From Antedon mediterranea (Eukaryota; Animalia; Echinodermata): DNA of 64,000 bases. Made by a program: the position numbers and the translations under genes. The notes beneath the pieces were generated by a model. That model was not told where the DNA came from, ran no database searches, and saw nothing but the letters and a program-made list of their open reading frames with translations. The stretch is from assembly GCF_964355755.1 (NCBI RefSeq), contig NC_092675.1, forward strand, positions 21,548,912-21,612,911, given 5' to 3'. This document shows, piece by piece, positions 52,941-64,000 of this stretch. How positions within the stretch are numbered: the stretch's first letter is position 1; the number at the start of each line of letters is the position of its first letter.

Positions 52941-53262
52941 AGATGTATTGTCCCCCCTAAAAAAAATTCCAACAACATTTTTTTTTTTAATATACCATTT
53001 TAATTTCACATAATAGTTGGATAAAAAAAAATTATTTACCTGAAAAACTGTAATTTAAAGAAAAAAATCGTCAAATTGGCTGCCAGCCAATGGATTTTTG
53101 GTTGAATTTAACCATTTATTTTGTCGTTTTATAAGTGAAAACATTATTTTTTTCATTTTTTTTCTATGTAAGTGATTAACGTTATTAAAACTACAAAATA
53201 ACCTATTCAAAGTCTGATTTAATTAATCTTCATTTTTCATGTTTTGGGGGGACAATACATCT
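52941..53262. mobile_element. Kolobok-like MITE, same TIR family as 13286-13762
   Basis: TIR AGATGTATTGTCCCCCC / GGGGGGACAATACATCT with TTAA TSD on both sides. Confidence 0.8.
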
Positions 53263-54756
53263 TTAAGTCTAACAATGTATTTGTGAGGTGGATATGGGAG
53301 AATATTTTCATGAATTAGAAGATTGACTGTATTCAACTGAGTCTAATAAGAGTCGTTGAAAAATCTTTTTTTTGTATTGTAGGCATAATATACCTACTGA
53401 GTAAGTCTAATCGCTTATTCTATTATTCCGCCGTTTCAATATTGATTCGAATTTCTAGGCCATCATGCAAAAAAGCAACCCTGTGTGAAAGTGTTTCGGT
53501 CGTGCATTCTTCATCTTACTCGCATCGCACAAATCTCAAATATGTACAAAAAGCACTCGAAGGTCCTATAACTGTTAAAATGGAAGGAAATAACCCACGG
53601 CACGTGATAAAAAATCAATCAATCAAATGACAAGGGTACACTTAAGTGTGTTAAGCAGGCATTATTAATCAAAACAATTAACAATTCCAAAACATTTTAA
53701 TTTATTGTGGCCTATAATAAATTAAAACGACTTATGATGCTTTATACATCCGGTCTTTTACCATGAAATTTAAATTACAATATCAAATATTAGTATAAGC
53801 ATGCGAACATGTGTTGAATTATCGTTACATAAATACAATTTATCTATTCTATTATCAAGTTTACGAGACAAAGGTCGTATATTCTCTTTACACGGAAAAA
53901 ATAATGTATTTAAACAACCTAGTAATGCATTTATAATGGTAAGCAAAGAACACCAGAATTGTAATAAATGTGAATCTTGTCAATAATACACTAAAAAAAA
54001 AACTATTGAATTGGTTGTTATAAAAGATTATTAGAGCACTTGACGTTATACAATGTTTACACTATATATGCAGCAGCAATAGTACTTGTGTACTGTATTT
54101 ACAATACCTCCTGGAATATTAAAAAAACAGAAAACAAACAATAACATAATTGTTTATTCCAATAAAAACCTATTCTCTATGATTTATTCATTTCATTTAT
54201 CATTTCTAAGAAACATTTGGAGTTTATTTCTAGCAATTATATGTATCTAAAGTGAAAATTGATGAAATGAGTAAAAGCTTTTTAAAAATGAATTTGTTAT
54301 TGACATTATTTCAAATCATCATATGATTTGTTTAAGTTTTTGGTTTTGCAATTTTTGGGGTTAAAGTTTTGTGATTTAGGCCTATACCTGTACCTACTTT
54401 CAAAGACTTTATCTTTTGTTCTCAATCAGTACATACCGGTAGTTAATATCCAGATAAATTGTAACTTTGTTTTTTTTTTATCAATTTACAGTCTGACAAA
54501 AATCTGAAGTATTACAATGATGCGTCACACACTCGCATTGTTCATACTTGTATTTTGTATAATATTGTCCGTCCGTGCGCTGAATCCTAATGGGTAAGTC
54601 ATGGTTTCCATTCAACCAAAGAATATCAGAAGAATGAGCAATCCGCAATCCTCGAATTAATCGTCCTCAGCGTAAAGTGGAGACGGTAGTATGACTTATC
54701 TACATTTCGGAATATGCATCGCCAGCTACCTAACGGATTGCACATTATTTTGATAA

Positions 54757-55020
54757 TATATACCCGATTCTGCTACTGTCAATAGGTATGTATCTGTATA
54801 ACTATCAGCAAGTGTATGCTGCCTGCATAAATGCTGTACTTTTAACATACATATATTATAGAGTATAGAGTATAAACTCATTGTAAATTGTCAACAGACA
54901 CTGTGCTACATGACAGTGTACGGTGTTAAAAGTACAGCATTTATGCAGACAGCAACGTGGATAACTTTCTATAGTTATACAGATATCACCTAGGGACAGT
55001 AGCAGAATCGGTTGTATATA
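54757..55020. mobile_element. Hairpin MITE with ~90-bp TIRs and TA flanks
   Basis: ccgattctgctactgtc...ctgcataaatgctgtacttttaaca versus tgttaaaagtacagcatttatgcag...gacagtagcagaatcgg. Confidence 0.7.
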
Positions 55021-55218
55021 CTTAACTTCAACCCAAATGTAATTAATATTTGTCAAATAGGTATCGGTACATAATAAATGTAAAATAAACACGGAAAATA
55101 GATTATAAACAGAATCAGCTTCTTTTTTCACGATAATATAAAATGTGTTAACTAGCCAGTTTTGTTAAATATGTTTGTTACTAACTAATGATTTGATGTA
55201 TATTACAGTATTATTAAT

Positions 55219-55379
55219 CCAAAGGCAAATTACTGAAAAAATGACAATGTTGTGGGTATCAGTGGCTGGATCTCAATGGAGATACAAAAAAAAAAGCGAA
55301 AAGCTAAATCAAAACGATAAGTAAAACAGCCAGAAAAGTTAGCAGAGCTTTCGGGCAACACTAGCCCTTCATCAGTGTA
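55219..55379 (-). mobile_element. 161-bp Penelope-like retroelement end fragment with 14-bp TSD
   Basis: Flanked by ACAGTATTATTAAT at 55205-55218 and 55380-55393; contains a hammerhead core. Confidence 0.7.
55340..55379 (-). ncRNA. Minimal type I hammerhead ribozyme
   Basis: Minus strand taca-CTGATGA-a-GGGC-tagtgtt-GCCC-GAAA-gctc-tgcta: conserved core, stem II and a short palindromic stem III. Confidence 0.7.
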
Positions 55380-58300
55380 ACAGTATTATTAATTATACAT
55401 GTTGTTTATATAGTCGACTTATACACTACAAAGCTTTTCACAGGCGTACACAACAACACAAAGCTACTCGACTAGCTACTCAAAAAGGTGTGGATTTCTT
55501 TGGATTAAGCGATGTACACGATATCGGTAAGTAGGCATTCAGGTAATAGGCGAGCACAGGAAACCAGAATAGCTTTGAATTTATTTTCTTCGCTTTTCTT
55601 TTATTATTGTTTAAATTTTGTCATTATTATTGTCATTGTCATTATTATTATCCTATACAATATAACAGTTTTTTTAACGAAAAGATCATATACTACGGTT
55701 CTGGAAATAGAAACATTCATTTGCATGTTATATTGTCAATATCATATAATGATGAACAGTGTTGAGGCCAAAGTCAACGAGTTATTTGTTTGTGTTGGAC
55801 GTATACTCTTTCCCATTCGATTTATATTTTTTTAAATTTAAGTTGATGTCTTCAAGCTGTGTCGTCAAAGATTGTTAAAAATTAAATTACGATTGATAAC
55901 TGGTACATTAGAAAGTGACAAACAAAATATTTAATACTTGTCGTAGGCCTGTAAGCCAACATTCTCTAGAACAATAAAACAAACACTAATAATCAGTAGC
56001 AAAGTAATAAGAAAAAGCAATCAAGCTAATATTGGTTTTTGTTTCTGATATAGTTTGATTAATATTAACTTATCTTTAACTCAATTTAGCCGAAATTATA
56101 GAACAGTCTATAAAACGAAAACATCTTACAGAACAATTTACGTTTGCTGTCAGGGTTGGACTACATCATCACCTGGAAGTAACGACTGTAGAGAACGTAA
56201 GAATAATGTTGCCCTCTCTCTATCCTCCTGTAAATTTGTTCGTTATGGTACTCTCAATTATTGTGTATGTATCACATCCAAGTGATCATCATCGACTTAA
56301 AAAATGATTGAAAGCATTGTAATAAATTATGATGATTCATTATCTTAATTTTTGTTGTTGTTGTTGCAGCAATCTGTGCGCCACGATGCGAACATGGAAC
56401 CTGTATAGGCCCCAACAATTGTAACTGTATTCAGCAATACCACGGCCCAAGATGTGAATACGGTAAATAAACTTGTTTATTGACTGATTTTTCGAGCAAT
56501 ATATGGACCGACCGGTAGACGTCGTCCGTCATTACCCCCGCCCACCTCATTGACACACATATCCACCCCCCTACTCAACTCAATAACTACTCTCTGTGTG
56601 TTTTTACTCCAGCATGCAATAGAGCTATTGATTACTGTGAAATAGTGGATTGTACATCACATACAAATTCCGTATGCACTAAGTGTCTCTTTCACGTCAG
56701 TGATACTATAAAGGCTTTTGACTTAGTTGGAGGCCAATGCAACAGTAAGTTTTGACATGTTCTCTTCTATTGGCAATAAGCATTGTTCTATCTGTGAGAC
56801 GTGTTTAATCTAATCATTTCGTAATTGCTTTTGCAACATATCTATAAACTGTATTTTTAAAGATGATCTGTTTTTATGATGATAAGGCTTCAGCGCGCCC
56901 CATATCGCAAATCACCATAACAGAAAACTGGAGGTATTAGTGGTTAGTTGATGTTATTTTATATAGGTGTTCGTGTGTTATTAGGCCCTATATCGACATA
57001 CTTTAAATCGTTATAAGATCAATTTAAAAAGGCAATAAATATAATGTTTTGTATAACAGAAATTTGCTCATGGAGGAATGACAGTAAGTCTTGCTATCCT
57101 GGTAGCTGCACAGATTATCAATGTACTTGTAACGACGATTTTAACGAACACTTCAACTGCAGGGCTAGTAAGTTACATTCTGCCTGGAATTCTGCTTGCA
57201 ATAAAAAAAATTGCACCCAATTATACACGAGCGGTATCATGTCTAGACAATAATCAGCATGCAGTATTGCATCTTCTGACAGTAACCTTCATGGAATATT
57301 GTATAACTTCTCCTGACATACTACAGTAGTACAGTATCATAACGCTTTTTGCCAACAACCTGTGTTGATACCATGTGCCTTGTGGTCAGGAGACACGATG
57401 ACAGGATGATTGTCGATAGACATGATACCGTACATGAATCGACTGAACATTCTATGTAGCCAGATATTCATCATCTCATTGTCCTGATAAATAATGTCGT
57501 TCATTTTCTTTCTCAAATTTTAATTTTAAACGATTAAACTATTTAATGATGCTTTTGATAATTAATGTTCTGTAGTTGACATACCGCCATCAGTATCTCA
57601 TTGCTCAGTAATGCTTCAACAAGACTCTGGAGCAAAAACGGTTGCTACAACTGACATTTCATGTCAAACATCTCATGTCTACGTATCATTACAAGGCAAC
57701 GGTTCATCAGTGAATTGGCAGACACGTTACTCAGGACCTTCTTCGGCTGGATATCCATTCCCTTATTACGTCAATGAATTCAAAGTAGGCATAGTTGCAG
57801 CTAGCGTTGATTGGCAAATAGTCAGAGGTATTTAAGTATTTATTAAATTATTAGCAATTACTAATAAAATACTAATATAGGCCTAGTAGTACTATAGTAC
57901 CCAATGAAACCAATATTTACTCTGTTTTTAGTGTGTTAGGGTAATGTATTAGTTACTTTCAATTCTATGTTTATAACCTCAGATTCTATTTAGAAAATGA
58001 AGTTTCTGAATATTCAATGTTTATTAAACTTTATTCGTTCAACATTTCTAAACAACGATATCATTTTGAAAGTATGCATACTGTGTAAACGTTGAAATTC
58101 TGTATTGTTTATTCCATAAACAGATGATATTGTAAGTGCGACTGGTACAATTGACTGTAATTTAAACCATGATCATGACGATCCAAACCTTGCAACTCAT
58201 TCTTGCGGACGATACGGATCATTAGATCAAGATCTTCAACATAGTGATAGGTAGTGTATTTACATCTTTTTCCGGGCTCATATTTGTTGCCTTTGTTGTC

Positions 58301-59687
58301 GAATAAACGAATGAATCCGCAACTAGTCTAACAAGTACATGTTTGTTCCCAACCATTTTTCTTATTTATAGTATTTTTCTTATTTATATATAGTTATTTA
58401 TAATTATCAAGACAAATTATGTGATACAGATGTTTTTCGATGTCTCTGTGTGGAGAATGCCGAGTCATTCAATTGAATGTGACTTTTTCATTTCTTTATT
58501 TTTACATTAGAATATATATAACATTATCATCAACAAATGGAGGATTTCTTCGACTTAATAACTATGACTTTTCAAGTTCCAGTACAATTGATGAACCCGT
58601 GTATTATGCTGGGCAAACTGTTCTTTTGATGATGAAAGTGGAGTATTCATTGTACAAGAACATCCTATACAAGTCAGTGTTGATGGAGAGTCGCTAAATC
58701 TTGGAACAGACGCTTGGACAACTGGTGACATAAAAGTAAAAGCCAGATTCTTCTGTGATTGGATTAAATAATGATAACATGATAACGATTAAGATGAGAA
58801 TGGTCTTTCTTTTCAAAGAAATCTTTACCACTAATTCATATTATAGAGAAAATATCAAAAATAAACAGCGCCGACAAAAGTGAATAAATACCGAAAAAAA
58901 CAATTTCTTAGCTTAAATGCTATTTATTTAAATTGCTTTATATATTAGGTTCAGTTGTCATGGGACGGCCATTTTGTCAATAAAATGCACATAGATCAGA
59001 AGCTACTGTACGCCATTAAAGCAGATACTGACATCGTACACACAGATTATGATAGCCAAGCGTCTCCCGCAGGGCGCCCTTTAACAGCCATTGACAATCA
59101 AAATGGAATCGTCAAGTTTGAAGTTGGGTTTTCTGAAGACCAGCATGGAGGAGTGACTTTTCCTTCATTTGAGCCAACTTGGATGAATTTAACAAATGAT
59201 TTGGTATTATAGGCCTAACGTTTATACGTATTACATATTTTACAGTCGAATCAACTGGTTTTTTTTTTTGTTCCTCTACAATAAAAATAAAATAAATTAG
59301 TACTCTAATTTACACGAATTAATTACCGACATAAACATTAAATTATCATTACCAATTATATCTGTTAAATTCCATTGATTTCAAGTTCTTTCAACTGATA
59401 TCTTTATTCATGTATTTATTATATGCCTTTTTAGGATCAAATGTATATGGATTCACTGGAAAAATGCTGATGATGCTGATACATTTGGGTTTTGGGTACG
59501 TGCGACAGACGTAATGGGAAATAGTAAGAGTGATTATATAATTCTTCATATTGATTCAACATCCCCAATAATCGAAGACGAATTTGAAACCAACGGAGAC
59601 GGGTAAGTAAAGACTTTTTTTATCTGTTCCTTTTATCTCCTTTTAATCCAGATCATTCTCCCATTATCTTGTTTTTCATGTCTACGC

Positions 59688-59825
59688 TTTTTAGTAGCGT
59701 GCAAACGCGACTCTATAGCTCACTTTGTCGGTTGGTTGGTCGATCGGTCGGTCGGCCGGTCGGTCAGTCAGTAAACACTAACTCAAATTTGCGCACGCGA
59801 CTGCAGACACGTATATGGCCTTGCT
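59688..59825 (+). mobile_element. Short HINE-like copy (family of 23694-24355)
   Basis: gcgactctatagctcac, (GGTC)n, aaacactaact...gcacgcgact...gtatatggccttg. Confidence 0.65.
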
Positions 59826-60190
59826 AAAAACACTATTTCTGTTAAAGCTGTTCACATGCATAATATTTAAAGTTAATCAATTTATAATTTGAATACAGTG
59901 TGTATCATGTGACTGCATACGATCGAGAAAGTGGAATTATGAACGTTTATTGGCAGATTATGTCTGAGGAAGACTTGGGAGTTGTTTTGTCAGAGGGTTA
60001 CGTAGACGGTTTTAGTTTTGTAAGTAAAGACAATTTCATTTCATTCATACAGTTATATCTTAACGGGGTTAGGCATACAATAAAGTATAATTTTACATTT
60101 TATCGTTTATTTAAAATGTTGCCAAAATCGAGTTCCTAATCGAGAGGAATAAGGATCAAAATTACCTATTATTATTTTTTGTCTACATTT

Positions 60191-62421
60191 GTGTACAGCC
60201 ACATCAAAACCAGGCGCTTGTCGCTAGATAGGGATTTGTGTAAAATGCATTTGAATGTGTGAAACTCATATTTTGACCATTTTGTTTTTTTACCATTATC
60301 TGATAGGAAATTTACCGTAGATTTCAAAAATATATATCTTATTAACTAATTCAAATGGAAAGGTGGTAAAAATTACATAAATCTGAGCCTCTATCCTCGT
60401 GTTTCGATTGAAAGAACGTGGTAATTCGTTATAAAAAAGCAGTTATTTTCGTCATTCCTACGCCGTAATTTTGTAGATAACCCCTGAAAGCTTGGTATCA
60501 TTCGATAGGTATTTTGTTCATGAATCTAAAAATAAATGAGTGATGTCACAGATTGTACGATATAGACCAATAAAAACCGATTTTATAGAACCCTTTAGTG
60601 TAAACAAAAACGGCCTTGTTGCTACGAACACGCTGAAAGAAGCGATGTGATTGGTTTAATGTTGTCACATGACCCATCCAGCATGGAAAATTCCAGGTCA
60701 ACAAAATCTTATCGCTAGTACACGCTTGTCGAGAAAAATATATTTTTTATAGTTCATCTAAGTACTGTACACAGTAATACTAAAGTGACGTGTACTGACT
60801 CAGACTTGATAACAATAAGTTATAACATACTAAAGTAAAGGGCCTAGCTAAGTTATTTATCGTAAGAGTTGATATTAGCAATGTAACTCTCAATCCACTG
60901 GCACTAGGCCTAGCTAGGCTAGGTACAGTAGGCTAGACCTGGCTCTACTAGGCCTAGGCCTAGTACTATAAGCCTAGACTAGGCGGAGATCCGCCTAGGC
61001 CTACTACTACGCTGGGCTACTAGCCTAGATAGGCTGCATGGCATAGTAGGCCTAGCTAGCTAGTAATAATAATAGTAATAACAACAACAAGGCCTAGCCC
61101 AATTAAAATAAGATAGAGTTTTCCTCTCTATAGTATAATAAGCCTCCTGAAAGGCTTTACTTACTAGCTAGGCCTAGGCCTACTGCTGGGCTATTTTATT
61201 TATTTCAATTTGGTTAAATTTCATTATGCTTAAAAATTGCCAATGATGGGTTGGGTGTGTGGGGAGTGTGTGCAAAACATAAACCGTAAAAACCAGTACA
61301 ATACAAATCCCTCACAAATAAAATACTGGTACCTTGGCTAAATTTCACGTTATTCATCATGCTTAAAAACATTGTTCAAGCTAACAGGTGTGTCTATCTG
61401 TCATGATCAGGCCAGGTGCTGGTTCAACAATAGACGTATTACATAACAATAACAACAGTAAAATCCACTACAATACAAATCCCTCACAAATAAAATACTG
61501 GTACCTTGGCTAAATTTCACGTTATTCATCATGCTTAAAAACATTGTTCAAGCTAACGGGTGTGGCTATCTGTTATGGTGCTGGTTCAACAATAGAATAC
61601 ATAACATTGTTTGAAGGTTTGCATGGCAAAATCAAATGTTGATATAAAGTTTGCGGTACACCACGTATATTAAGTCTGAAAAGAACTGTTGAGTTTCTCT
61701 TACATACATAACATTAACACTAAAAACCAGTACAATACAAATCACTAACAAATAAAATACTGGTAATTGAATTTTGCCGACCAGAAACGAGGGACATTGT
61801 GTGCCCTGCGCCATTTTGAACAAAAAGCAGATAAAATAAAGTAAAAAGAGAAATAAAATTGAATAAAGTTCATTAATAAAATGTTTGCTGTTTTTTAAAA
61901 ATTTGTTTAGAACTAATAATAAGCTAAGGCAATCTTCCTGAATACCTACTAGTAGGCCTACTGTATTATTCTTACACTACACTATTATAAATGAATTTGA
62001 CAGATTTTACATAAATTAGTGGTACTTTGTAATCGTCATAATTAACTATGATAACCACCTCGGATTTTGATGAAATTTTCATGAATATCAGAAAACACTA
62101 TATTGAATAAGTGTGCCAAATTTCAGAATGATTGTTTATCTAGAAGGTAGTGTTGCTAAGGTATTAATTGTTCAATCTGTAACAGCATGGGGCAACTTCC
62201 TGTCTGATTTGTCATTAAACTTTGACTGTTAATTACTCAGTAATTACAAATAAATTTTGTATAAATGCTATATACATTTATTGCCATAACTCTGGGAATA
62301 TTTGCTTGATTTAAATGATCCAAACACCATTTTGAAGGATATATTGTGAGGAATACCATTATAGTATCAACTAAAAAAATATATATTTCACCAAGTGCCT
62401 GGTTTTGATGTGGCTGTACAC
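60191..62421. mobile_element. Non-autonomous Sola1-like DNA transposon in a gene C intron
   Basis: 30-bp TIR GTGTACAGCCACATCAAAACCAGGC(G/A)CTTG, 4-bp TSD ATTT on both sides, internal ~170-bp tandem duplication at ~61297-61620. Confidence 0.75.
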
Positions 62422-63590
62422 ATTTTTAAGATTAGAATATCACATTTGCTTTCTTTAAAAGAGTTGTCACTCGTAAATAGTTGATGGACTGGTCTAGTTT
62501 GACAATTCCAAAATCAGCCATCAAATCGCACTTTAGGGTCCTACAAAGGCATTTGATAGTGCTATCTACCTGTTACAAAATTATCTTAACTAAAGTCAGT
62601 AAGAAACTGTACAATATATTTAGGCATAACATAACATCTATTTTTTTCTGCTCGATTACCGTAATGATTAACCTTTCCATGTATGTTCCTTATTGAAAGT
62701 ATATATAAATGATCATTTATTGATAAATAATATTTATTAACAAAAAATACTTAGGCCTACTTATACTTAAATCTTACTTTTTTACACAGGAAAATGGTTC
62801 TTGTGTGCCTACTAATTGTTACTGTATACTTAGCAATAAATATTGCTACAAGTTGCAATTGGACGTAACCCCAACCATTGAACAGAATACTCAAGAAACA
62901 TTATTGTTACTACGTGTAACTATAAGAAATAATGCCCTACTCGAGACTTCACAGGAAATGCAAGTAACCATTTCAAATCATATACGTTTCACAACATTTT
63001 TAATAAAAACTAAAATGAATCACAGTGTAAGTTACTATGATATATAATAATATAGATTTTAAGAAAAAAAAAACACCTGAAATCAAAACTTTGAATTTGA
63101 ATTATTCCAGATCCTCACATCGAGCATTTCCCAACCTGTTAAAACAGTAAGTAATTATTTGTTAGTGTAAATAATAATAAATCAACAGAGACATTGGGTG
63201 AGTGAGCACGTACAACTTTTTTGCTCTCGATTTTCACCTTTCAAAGAGACATTTATCTTTGTTTTTTCCCGATTGTATCATTATCATCGTAAATAGCATC
63301 TAGGACTTATCATGTAAACTTTTAAAGATGATGGTCAATGCTCTGTCGGTGTAAATAAGCAGTGAGTATTTTATCCCCATGATACCGCATCTATTGCCAT
63401 TGGCTCGCCGTTGAAAGCACTGCAAGGTTAACTATTACTGTGCTAGCCATATGCAAATCAAAATCCTTCAATAAGGTTTCCAAACATCTGCGTCACTTAT
63501 GCAAATTAGTAAATTTGGCCGAAATTACCAGCTGTGATTGTGACCTGATATGTAAAACAGTGGTGGTACTGTATAAAAGCAAGTGTAATC

Positions 63591-64000
63591 ATGGCCCCGA
63601 AGTTAGATGTTGATAAGCTGAAGAAAGACTTGCTTCAGGAGCTGACTACTTCTATTACTGAGACATTAAACAAAGCATTTGATAAGCTGCAGGAGCAAAT
63701 CAGTAATATTGAAACCAGATTGGACTATTTAGAACAATATTCACGTCGCAATAACCTTAGATTCTACGGTTTACAGGACTCGACAAAGTCAACTGATGAT
63801 TTGGTGGCGGAGGTTATTCGCGACAAAATGGGTATCACTTTCAAGTCCGACGATATTGAAGTATCTCATCGAATCGGTCCTATTACTGACAAGCCTAGGC
63901 CAATAATTGTTCGGTTCAATTCAATCAGGACCCGTAACAATGTGTTTGCAGCCAAATCCAAACTGAAGGGTATGCCGGTTTATATCTCGGAAGACTTAAC
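63591..64000 (+). CDS. L1-ORF1p-like (Transposase_22-type coiled-coil + RRM) protein, runs off the window
   Basis: Open frame MAPKLDVDKLKKDLL...LDYLEQYSRRNNLRFYGL...DIEVSHRIG...PRPIIVRF...VYISEDL. Confidence 0.85.
   Translation, partial: MAPKLDVDKLKKDLLQELTTSITETLNKAFDKLQEQISNIETRLDYLEQYSRRNNLRFYGLQDSTKSTDDLVAEVIRDKMGITFKSDDIEVSHRIGPITDKPRPIIVRFNSIRTRNNVFAAKSKLKGMPVYISEDL

Larger units (their letters stand above)
54517..63146 (+). pseudogene. Gene C: paralog of gene B with disabling lesions; continues past the window or is 3'-truncated
   Basis: Exons 54517-54593, 55414-55526, 56090-56196, 56370-56462, 56613-56744, 57060-57167, 57576-57827, 58124-58250, 58511-58735, 58949-59203, 59435-59602, 59899-60019, 62790-62963, 63111-63146. 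Several match gene B exon lengths exactly (93, 132, 127, 255 nt). Lesions: phase mismatch and missing NVC at exon 2, out-of-frame exon 9/11 fusion near 58620, +1 A near 59460. Confidence 0.75.

Noticed and set aside
60840-61190. Dense TAGGCCTA/CTAG palindromic patches (also ~3085-3450, ~10570-10650, ~25035-25400)
   Set aside because: Low-complexity motif recurring inside unrelated non-autonomous transposons; no sign of a locus-specific function.

Overview
AT-rich animal genomic DNA with spliceosomal GT-AG introns. A Gmr1-type LTR element and a Deu-domain SINE suggest a marine invertebrate deuterostome, but the species cannot be determined. Manual splicing gives four host genes that together look like an innate-immune/phagocytic receptor cluster. 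(1) A complete 6-exon type I membrane C-type lectin with cytoplasmic tyrosine motifs (+, 1067-5024). (2-4) Three paralogs sharing a signal peptide-L(D/N)PNG / EMI / CCxG(Y/W) / NIM-type EGF N-terminus (Nimrod/Draper-like): a short, apparently secreted form (gene A, -, ~14337-17302); an intact 14-exon, 1082-aa receptor (gene B, -, 42349-50081) with Cys-rich and Ig/FN3-like modules and a single-exon tail holding about 7 tandem ITAM-like YxxL/V-x9-14-YxxL units; and a divergently oriented, lesion-bearing paralog (gene C, +, 54517 to beyond 63146). Much of the rest is transposon: a SINE hit by a full-length Gmr1-like Gypsy (integrase before RT) that is itself hit by a full-length BEL/Pao, an Academ-like element with ~800-bp TIRs around an L2 RT fragment, decayed LINEs, hAT/Kolobok/Sola/pogo/Harbinger-like MITEs, Helentron-type elements and a Penelope-type hammerhead ribozyme fragment. 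All gene models were read by eye with no database search, so family names rest on motif recognition.
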